A DNA stretch of 64,000 bases from Bugula neritina (lineage: Eukaryota; Animalia; Bryozoa): NCBI GenBank assembly GCA_964035545.1, contig OZ037767.1:3359680-3423679 (forward strand). Direction: 5' to 3'. Position 1 is the first letter of the stretch, and each line of letters starts with the position of its first letter. The position numbers were made by a program, and so were the translations under genes. This document shows positions 1 through 12,900 of the stretch, piece by piece. The notes beneath the pieces are model-generated. The model searched no databases. It saw only the letters and a program-made list of their open reading frames with translations, and had not been told where the DNA came from.

Positions 1-895
1 CTATGGCAAATGATATAACTATTTTTGGAAAAGAAGTTTGAATTCAGTCATGAAACGTGATTGCATATTTCGACTGCATGCGCCTATTCTCCAATATTTT
101 ATTGGAGTCATCGATGCGAATTGGTAAAACACAGAGTATATCATATGTAGAGCGTATGATATGCAGAGTAGACAATATACAGAGAGTATTATAGAGTTGT
201 TTGCTAGTTGCCTTTTAAGCCACTTCCACATAAATAGTCACATGTTATATATGTATAAATATATTATATGTTTATATTGTAGGCATATATGATAGTTATG
301 CGTATTATATATGTTAAGTATATATATGTAAAGTTATTTGTGACACCACTTTGGGGTATTTTCGTCTTCCTATATTACGGAATGTGTTCTAAGTTTTATG
401 ATGGTATGCAAAATGTAATTAGCGTGTAGTTGTAAAAGCTTCATTTTATCTTAAGTTATTTCTGCTAATGAAACTATTGGCAAGTCCATAGTGTGTAGCG
501 TCCGTGCATATATTACTAATATAACTTTTGACTTGGACTTTAACGTTTGGTTTATTTTTATTTTAAACACAAAATTCTAAAAGAGAAATCTTTCTAAAAC
601 TTACATAAATTGCAAATTATAACTAAAATTTAATTTCATTCGGAATGTATCGGTAAAGTGTTGTATTTTCTTATGTAGAACTTGTTATTAATATTTTATT
701 CCGCTATTATATAGGTTAGTAATATTTATCATTGCTTTATTCCTGTTATGTAATACTATCTTAATACTTCTCTAACTAGAGAAGATTTTTGTGGCAGAAC
801 AGTTGAATGCCCCTATACAAGTTATGAGGTCAGAAGGTAACCATGTGTTGTGGAGATCAGTTAGCATTGGTTTCCTCAACTCTTTAAGGGTGGGT

Positions 896-949
896 CAAGA
901 CCTAGCAGTGGGGAGTAGACCCTGGTCTACTCCCCACTGCTAGGTCTTG
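896..949. repeat. Perfect 26-bp inverted repeat with 2-nt loop
   Basis: caagacctagcagtggggagtagacc (896-921) - ct - ggtctactccccactgctaggtcttg (924-949). Confidence 0.95.
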
Positions 950-1210
950 CTTGTATCAGAACCTATTATCTAATGTGTATTGTTTTTTTTATATTATTGG
1001 CTACATTTATTTTGCCTTTTATGTTAATAATTTCATTTTTTATATCAAAAACTGAAGACTCAAATCAATCATTGATATTTCTTCAACAGTTTATTAGAAT
1101 AATATATTAAAATATAAAAAACTAGAATCTTAATTTCCTATAAATTAATAAATAAGGTTAGGTATATTGTTTGTGGTATTAGCACCATTGTTGAGTTGTG
1201 GGAGATGAGA

Positions 1211-3337
<2,127 letters not shown>

Positions 3338-3623
3338 CTTCTGCAACTAGAAAATATTAGAGCTTTATTTATATTTTATTCACTTAAAACCTTGATTTAA
3401 TAAAAATCAATCTACATATAATCATTTGCACAGAAGAGTTGTATTTTAACAGCTACTGCAGGCTTTAATTGTTAAAATTTTTAATATATATAACCCATAA
3501 TACATTAATCACCTTTCATATCATAATATTTTAATTTTTTATACCCAATGGTATATCATAAACATTAAACTAGAATTTAATATAAATAACAATTATGTTT
3601 AAATATGATCTTTAGCTACTCAC

Positions 3624-3890
3624 CTTGTTTTACAAACTCTTCAAACAACCTTTACACAAAGAGGGCTAATGTGACTATCACCTACTTGGCTACTGCTTAT
3701 ATAGTAATTTATGGAGCACCTGCAATCACATGTCTATCATATGATTTATCACATGCTGCGAGTTATTGCTGAGTCGGTAGGCAGCAGGTAATGTTATCTA
3801 AACTACAATGGTCTAGGTTATCAGTCACATGACCTGTTATCATCTACTCTACCTTCAATCTATTGTTATATAATTAACTTTATCTCAGAG
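3624..3890 (-). promoter_or_regulatory. Cathepsin L non-coding first exon and promoter (TATA box, GATA sites, CLEAR/M-box-like E-boxes)
   Basis: Donor GTGAG at 3623-3619 pairs with the acceptor 3 nt before the ATG. TATATAA at 3703-3697. Six same-orientation WGATAR sites between 3734 and 3885, three CATGTGA boxes, GTCACATGAC at 3824-3833. Confidence 0.6.
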
Positions 3891-5269
3891 TACCAACTCT
3901 TCAAAACGCATGAGTTAGATGCTGGAATACGATCTTTCATTTAGTCTGAGCTTCTTTGTTTTATGGCTAGTCAATTTATTATGTTACCTAGATTGCTGAA
4001 ATTTGAAGGCTATGCAACATTTCTGCAAGTCTACATATATTTTCATTCGTCGCTAATTGAATTATTTTTGCTAATAGCAATAATACTCTGATCGTTTTGT
4101 TGTAGCATCTTTGTTGAATAATTTTTTAACTGGTTGCTACTGACTAACAATTTCGAACCAGAACTCTGCTGACTGCTGTTAATAATTTCTTTTTCTTAAA
4201 TAGCTCAAAGTTTTTTTTCCTAAAAGATGTAATAATTAGTTTTTATTAAATTACACACATTGTACGTCATTGAAAAAAATGGTCAACAAGATGTTTGCAT
4301 GTTAAATATATTTTAAATTATAGAGCGATCTCGTTCGAGTACTAGACAAGAAATTGAAGCAATTACAGTATACTCATCTATTTTTAATTCTCTCCAGTTG
4401 AACATTTTGTTTATATTTTATGTTCAATATAATCTTCTCATTTTGACTAGATTTTTGAATATTGACATCTATATTCAAACATTGCCTTAATATTATAAGG
4501 CTTGGATTTTTTGGGCAGTCCTTCTATTTGCAACGTACTTATTTCTGACAGCTCTGTAGATTTCTATGGTCACTGGACATTTGCCCTTTCAGCTGGTGCA
4601 TGGTCCATGTCTCATGTGATCATCCTCTTATCTACCATCACATGCTCTACTTTTATGTGCTTAAGATAAGGATAGATAGCGGACATAGTTTTACAGTCTA
4701 CCTGTACACGTATAAATCTTGTCAACTCATCCATGATGTGTATATTCGGAGAAAGTCGACAGTGTCTTTTTACCAAAAGTTGTATTTAGAGGGTGGTTTT
4801 TGCAAGCACCTAGTCTGATAGTCATTATTTCTAAATACAATGCTATATATAGGCCTTTCTGCATCTCACTGGGACCCAAATATGTTGCTCAGTTTCAGTT
4901 TTAATTTTATTCTAGCCCTAAATCTTAGTTGTATGCAAACTTTATGCAAGACAATTGTTTAGACTAAGTTCTCCAGCTGTATTAGAATGGGTGAGTGTAA
5001 ATATAGTAACAAAATTATTTCTCAAAGTGCATTGGGAGTAGCCAGCCAAATTCCTGAATGCCACAATCTCTTTGCTCACATGGTTGACCAGGGATATATA
5101 CCTGGAAAGACAATGAAGAACTGGAATACTTATCTATATATTGATTATATAAAAGTTATCATATTTTTATCATGGCTTATATAATTGTATTCTTTCTATC
5201 ACATTGTGCTGTTTAAATCAAATGTGCATATAATAGTACAAATTCATTTTGTGACTATACTGTGAAACA

Positions 5270-5785
5270 AGCAAAATTTTCTTTCTATTTTGATTATTAG
5301 GCCACTAATTTGAAAATTTTTTAAATTACTATGCATGTTTCGAATGCAACACAGTTACATATTACTTGCAAGTGTCTACGTGTTCAAATCTCTATGCTAA
5401 AGAGCAGGGCCCGAGAATTGTAATTTTACAAATTAACGGAGAAAAAAGAATATCTGAACTGCATGTTTTTATTGTTTTAGCAACATGGTGGTAAGAGATT
5501 CTCTTTCCTCCGTTAATTTTAATTTGTAAAATTACATTTCTCGGGGCCCTGCTCTTTAGCATAGAGATTTGAACACGTAGACACTTGCAAGTAATATGTA
5601 ACTGTGTTGCATTTGAAAAATGCATAGTAATTTTAAAATTTTCAAATTAGTGACCTAATAATCAAAATAGAAAAAAAATTTTGCTGAAGAGCAGGGCCCG
5701 AGAATTGTAATTTTACAAATTAACGGAGGAAAGAAAATCTCTGAGCTGCATGTTTTTATTGTTTCAGCAACATGGTGGTAAGAGA
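5270..5785. repeat. Local inverted duplication plus direct repeat (forward-inverted-forward arrangement)
   Basis: ~5270-5454 is the reverse complement of ~5494-5685. ~5399-5498 recurs directly at ~5687-5785. Confidence 0.9.
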
Positions 5786-7139
5786 GCTATAAAAGTATTT
5801 AGTGATACCAGGAAATGCCGAAGAAATTGCTTATTTATTACTTTGCATAAGCTAACGGTGCATATATCTATTGCTAGCCTCATTTTCATTATTGCTGTTG
5901 CAGTTTTGAATTGCTGAGAATTACTCAAACCAGTTTATTATTATTTAGAATTATCTTTCCTTTCTAAAAATTATCAAATCAAGAATTATGCCTTTTAAAA
6001 GCTTTTCTCATTTGCAGTTGAATATATCCCAATTAACCATGGCATGAATTTTTGTGATTTGCAAAACATCAGCTATAATTTTCAAACAATTATTTCATAT
6101 TATATATTGTGATTTAATTCACTTTACCGGGTGCATGGCTGTGTTATTATAGCTAATGGCCCATTTAACAGCAATAAACAGATGCATGACATGTTGTACA
6201 TTAATAGGAGAATATTAATAAAATATAATTAAGCTTGTTATATAATATTGATTTCATGGAAAGCTGAACCATGCTTTGTATATAAATATATATAACAAGT
6301 CTTAAAAATTCTGCCCATGTTCCATAAGCTTGACATCATTGAAATTGGAGTCCTAGATTCAGAGTACTTACACTCTAGCAAATTTCTTTAAAATTTTATA
6401 ATACTGCAACCAACATAATATGTATTATATTGAAACCTTATTGTGAAGGTTTAAAAGGTCAAAGGCTAATCTATTAATGCTGCCAGTGTCTCAACCTCAA
6501 TGTACTTTAAGAATAACAAGGCTTCTTATAAATAGCAAAAGTTAAATATGCAGCTTAGTGTAATATTTTATATTTAACTCTACAACTTTTAACTTGATTA
6601 TTGATCAATTGAACGAATTTAAGTTCCCTAGCTGATCAGTATTAGCTTCATAAAAACATCAATTCATTTTCAAAGGAAAACTGAATCAATTTACACTTTC
6701 AAGTGTGTAAGCCTACACTGAGTTGCAGTTACAATGTATTCCATATAATATTTACTATAGTGCACATGGCCTGTTTGATATAGCTATAATCACATATACG
6801 CATGCTGAAATATAATATTACATGTATAACTGTATAACCATCTGTCTTATAGGACTGGATTGTGTCCGCAAGCACTTTATTTACATTATTGAAAGTTGTC
6901 TTCTTTATTATTATTATATTTAATATTTTCCAATAAAAACAATGAGTTGCACAAAAAATTAAATAAATCAAATTATATAACTTATAACTGTACAATGCAA
7001 ATTACATCAAGTTCTAACATTAAGAAAGACAATCATCGATGACATAACGCTGACACAACGTATCGAGATTTTACGGTCAACAGAGTGTCTTACTAAGCAA
7101 ATTTACTGTACACAGTTTATAACCAAAGCTTGTAAAACT

Positions 7140-7730
7140 ATGGAAGTCTTGATATATGAAGAAGGATTTTGCAGCCAGTTATTTTGGCTAATGTTCTTAA
7201 TGGTCATGTACTATCGTATTACTACTTCTAGGTAAGTGCACTATATGTATTACTACTCTATACATAAATTATCAAAGTACAAACAACCTTTTAAAAGTTA
7301 TATTTAAATTTGAATTATTTATCATGCAACCTTATTTATATTATGCTTTAAACATTACAACTTTAATAAAATACAAAATATTAATTTTGTAGTTGCAGCA
7401 CCATGATTGTAATAGAATTAATATATATATCTTTGCAGCACGCACCAAATGACTAAAATGAAGTCTCAAATAAAGAATGAGGGTATGGAAGATAATCCAA
7501 AGTTAGTGAGTCCCATTGACTCTGACAATGAGCTTAGGATTATATTTCAAGGAATTTACTGCAACTTCATAGAAAGATCAATCAAGTATGAGATGGAGAA
7601 TAAGTTTACAAAACCAAGCCCAGTGACAGCAGTGGCTGATGTTCAGGCTGAAAGAGAAAGTACCAAGCGTGAATGCAGAAATCAAAACTGTCCCAGACGG
7701 CCAACTCGCCACTTCTCAAACTTCGGCTAA
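7140..7730 (+). CDS. Putative small secreted protein / neuropeptide-like precursor, 2 exons, 127 aa
   Basis: Exon 7140-7231 (MEVLIYEEGFCSQLFWLMFLMVMYYRITTS, hydrophobic core, strong AG|GTAAGT donor, phase 2) splices in frame to acceptor TTTGCAG|7439 and the 7449-7730 ORF, which ends KR-ECRNQNCP-RR-PTRHFSNF-G-stop. ATTAAA at 7984. The overlapping ORF 7639-7926 may be an alternative or the true C-terminus. Confidence 0.5.
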
Positions 7731-9951
7731 GCACCAAACGAAAGGAAAGCGACCTATAAGGAGTGTTAGTGATATATTCATAGACCTATCACAAAGAGTA
7801 GAAGAGTTACCTGACAAAATTATTAAATATAACAAAGCTGAGATATTAACAAGTGAAGATATGATCGGCACAAACTTCCAGCTTGATGAGAGCATGAGTG
7901 ACTGCAGGAGTGTATACTGTGAGTGAAATATTATACACTTGTAATAAGCTATGATTTTGTAGTTATATATTTATTAAGTTACTATTAAAGTCTATTCTTT
8001 GCTATATTCAAATGAACATGTCTATTATGCTTTTGAGTAATATATATCATTAATGGGTATAAATAATTTTAGCAAACACTTTTATTTTTACAGATAAACT
8101 TGACACTCAGGTAGCTCAGGTAAAGAAAAAGAGGAGGCCAAGTTTGAAAAGGAGCCTCATTAACCTAATTGTGTGCAACTCATGTAAATCTGATTGAGAG
8201 TATTTATATACATATATAATGCCTCCCTACAGAGTATATATATTATATTATACTAGTGTGTGCTATTTGTTTTTCAGATTTAGTATAACATGGTGCTTAA
8301 AACTCTAATATAGTTGGATTAACTTTCATCTTTACAAGCCAATTGTCAATTATATCATATATATTTAACATAATATTGCAACATTTTCTTTATTTTTGAG
8401 CATAGTAAACATTTTTGTTTATAAAATAATTATATGAATTTATTTATTGCCATATGCCATCATATGATATTTTGGTGGTTTAAACTTATAAAATACAGTT
8501 TCAACAACTGATAAACCCTTGACTCATACTGTAATAATACGATAATTATATAAACTAATTGTGTGTACATGTGGTTTATGCAGATACACTTATACATAGG
8601 ATGCGAGCATAATGAGAGCAAGTATAGGATATAATATATATATTATATTAATTGGGTAAATATGGAAATGTATTGATGACCGTAATAATAATATTATCAC
8701 AGCTAGTGAATATATCCAGCAGGATGCAAGGACATACCTTTCACAAATGTGTGCAGCGTGTACATCCCATCAAGATGCTTAAACTGATTCAACAAATTAG
8801 AACTGCAAAAAGTAAAACTCATAAATGAGCTTCAGCATTTCACAAAACTGCTTTTAATCTGGAAAAACTATAGCAGAAAGTTGCATAAATGTTTTGTTTT
8901 CCATGAGGGGACAACCTTCAATCGACTTTTATCATTATTATATAGGGTTTGTTTCAATATACTGCAAAATTTGAACTATTTTCATTCACTTTGATTTAAA
9001 ATGGAATCATAGTTTGGCTGTGAACATTTATTTGATTTCAATGTACAACATAAATTAAAATTGGCGTAAACAGAAACTGCACAGTTTACAACATGCAAGG
9101 CAATTTCTCACACAGATTATAAAACATATTACAAAATCTAAAAACCAAGATTAAATATTAAAAAATGAAATTTGTAAATCATAGCATAATTACAATTGTT
9201 GAGAGTATATACAGTAAATACCACATAAATCAAACTAGTATAGGATCTAAGATTCAATTTAGCAGGAGAACACAAATCTAATAATATAGAAAATCGATGC
9301 TACTGAGTTGTTACTATATATTATAGCAGTCTTATTAAAGCATGCATTGACAAAACATCAAGTAAATTATTACTAAACCAAACATTGAAACAAATTTTCT
9401 ATAAACACATTTTAATAAGCAATACGAATGCTCTAGCTATTAAAATAATATTCTAGTAATATATCAAAGCCATAAACAAAATAACAAGTGGCATACAATG
9501 TATGATAGAATGGTTATGATATAATCATATATACTATAGAATAATGTCTAAGAGGAATGAATGTTTTATAAGCTTACAAGTAAATGCAAATGCGTCTTAG
9601 TAAATGCGGTCAAAATATATCGTCGAATGAAATCAGTAACAATCTACTCAAGTGACTTTTCATTAGTTTAAATTGTTGATAAGCTTTTTTTAAATTCGGT
9701 TTTAAATTGGCTTGGCCTTGGCTTCGTCAGTATAAAGGCAGTCAAAAATATATTCACATTTGCTGATTCTGATTGAAGTTGATTCAAAGCAGTGAGGCTA
9801 GGGTGGTGGGTGTTGAGGTCTAGAGATATCGTGGCACTGTCGTATCATGATAACTGATGTTAGACATCATGATAAGTTGGAGGATGTTGTATTACAGCAG
9901 TACTTGATGATGAAGTCTCAGTATAAGTTATTCCTGCATTGCGTATGTGGT

Positions 9952-12900
9952 TTAGCTTGGGGTTTTCTCACTCTCTTCCGTCACCTGCAAGTTGAATAGT
10001 TTTATTGTCAAAATAGATCAAAAAATAAATAAATATATAAATATAATATTTAATATATTTCAAAATACTACTAAGCATCTTAAAGCTTTAGTCAAACACT
10101 TTTCTGCAGATCACATGGGTAATTACAGTGCACCCTCCATATCTCACTGTTCCATTTCTCACGAAATTCCATAGGTCACGAGAAGGGCTTGGACCCTGTT
10201 TTGTGATTCATGTAGGCCTATGTGTATAGGGAAAAAATGGCCTAATTTAACAGATCCATGAGTTAAATATGATATTCTACTATGACACGAATTGAGCTTA
10301 GTGAGATATGGAGGGAGCACTGTTTATACTACGTTCAACCTCATAATTGGGAGTTGTTATCTCAAAATTGTTTAATAGACAACTCCAAATATATACTGCA
10401 GCAGTTAATTTCTTGCTTCCCTGCACATAATTGAATCATTTTAATAATCATATTTAATGAATCTAGAATGTGTTTTTGCATCTGTAATAACATAAAGCAG
10501 TAGGTGTTAAATAAGCAGACGGTGCTAATTCTAATTATGCAATTTTCAGCTGAAATATGCTGAGATTGTGAAATATTTAGTTAGTAGCAGCTGTTAGTTG
10601 GAGCAGAAGCATTGAAATGTATGACTTGGATAGGAGCTGCTATAAACTAGTAATAACTTTACCGAAGGTTCAGGTTCGTCGGAAGCTGAAATGCAAGCAG
10701 AAGATGATAGTAATGTAGGATGACACCAGCTACTAAGAACTTTGTAACCAGACAAGACATGGCAACATCAATTATAGATGTTATGCAATGGCAGAAGTCT
10801 GCATTTGTCCGAACTAATAAAGTAGAATCTTCCTCTACAGGTGCAGATAATTCAGATGAAATAGTTTAAAGATAAAGCCAGACTAAACTAGAGCATCTTT
10901 ACAAGTAAAAATCAATATAAGCAAATTAAACCTGGCAGTTTTATATAAAATGACACACTGGTAAACTATTTCTCTCATACTGGTATATAAGCGTAACTGG
11001 AGCTTAGTCATTTACCTATAACCTACTATACCCGAAGCATAGTTTCGTAATGATGAAAACAGGCGCAAAGCTCAAATATGTGAGAATGCAGTTATAGTTG
11101 TGATGGACAGTTATTATTGTTTCAAATGTTTAATTAACTTTCCAGCATCTGCTGCTGAAATAATAAAATAACATCAGGTGTCTGTATCAACTTGTTAATA
11201 CGTGAATAGCTGTTGAAAGTAATTATAACTCATTAGCTCTCCCTATTCTACCAAAACCTTTAGCTAATTAGCCTTTGGAAGTGTAAAATGGAATGTTTAT
11301 GACTTTACAACTTATTCTGTTGTTCTAAGGTTTCCTATTAAAAGCTCATTCCTAGACTAATCAGCCGAATAAATTTATAAAAAGTCTATTGAGTGTATAA
11401 AGCTCTTTAGATTAATATATATTAAAATGAGTCATAGATAGATTATTTGGTTTTGCTGGTAGTCCAGTAAGCTATTAGCTATGTGTTAAAGGATTGCTCT
11501 ATCTTGTCTAATAAATGGCCATTTAGGTCAAACACACATAATATTGTGTTTTTCTAAGCATGCATTGACAAAAAGCATTTGACCAAAGGTAGAAAAAGTT
11601 AGTTGAAGTTGAGGGTGTAGATTGGTAACAGCCAAAACGCCGATTTTGAAATGAGCTGGGAACTGTGACGTAACAGCGCCAGCATTCCTGCTGGTCACGT
11701 GACTATACAAATGAATAACTATAGAAATATGACTGTGAGATGTGATCTTTCAGCTCGTAATTTGTATATTTATAGAAGTGCAAATGTGAATTCTCTTAAT
11801 CTATAGTTTTTTGACATTTTAAATAACATGTATGTAATAACATTAGGCTATATTTTGCTTGTAACCATTAGAAAAAAGCATTGCAAAAGCATGCATTCTT
11901 TAGGATGAATGCCTGCGATCGATCTAAACTAGGTCAGATTATGCAATATTACGGGCGCACCAAAGTTGACCTATATAGCGCACTGTAACTGCTTGAGCGT
12001 TATTGGTTGATGTTGTGCTCAGCAACCTTGAATACTAGCGTTATAGTTAGCACGTGCAGCATAGTTACTGGCGTTCACACGTCACGTATTAGGCTATTCT
12101 TTTTCATGGCTGAAAATTTTACCTCCCTCAAAATTGGAATTTTGAAAAGCTGTTTTCTAGGCACATATCCCTTTGCAAAGTCACAATTGTTTGCATACAC
12201 ATTAAATTATAGTTCATAATTATAATGTGATTGTAATAAACTAAGATTGAGCAATCCTTTAACAGTTATTGCATTTCTTTATCAGTCCATGGGTTTAACC
12301 TTTGCTGCTGCTTTCCAAAAGTTGATTTCTTGGCAGCTGCTACTCTCCGTGAAGTTACATAACTTTATAGACTCTGTGTCTAGTCATACTAACAGTACAT
12401 GGTGTATGTCAAAAGGTAAATTTGCTAGAGGATGAGGTAAAACTCGTTCTAGATTTTAAACTCTTACAATTCTAGCTAAAATATTTGTATGCTGGCGATA
12501 CTGGTGCAAATGAACCCACCATGCTTTTACTGCTCAGAAACCTGTCAAAAAGTTAGTTTAGCTTTTTTAATCTATTACAAAAGTTGCATTTTGAAAAATG
12601 GCAAAATACGAAAAATGAAGAACTTTGCTAGATTTTAAAGAAGTTTATAATGAAGTAAAAATCAGCTAAGAACTAAAGTTACTTTGCAAGTTTTATTGTT
12701 CTCAGTCGTTTCTACTTATAGCCCAAGAATAGGGTTATCGCAAGCCCAGGGTCCAGCTAATATAAAAAAAACTGAATTGAACTGAGCAAGGGTGCTTTCC
12801 GAAAATAGCTTCTAACAGCCGTTCATATTAATAGCACTAAGATAAATTCCAGAAAGTTGATTGAACAAATTCTGTCAGCTAAGTGCTAGAAATATAATAG

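Noticed and set aside
19-231. Short ORFs at 19-231, 4600-5184, 6729-6995, 12007-14434 and 36794-38711
   Set aside because: No recognisable motifs, intron-like composition and no consistent splice chain.
10659-10760. Minus-strand 33-aa ORF MSCLVTKFLVAGVILHYYHLLLAFQLPTNLNLR that looks like a signal peptide
   Set aside because: It overlaps the polypyrimidine tract and 23-nt tail micro-exon in another frame, and hits a stop whether spliced or not. The hydrophobicity is explained by T-rich intron sequence.
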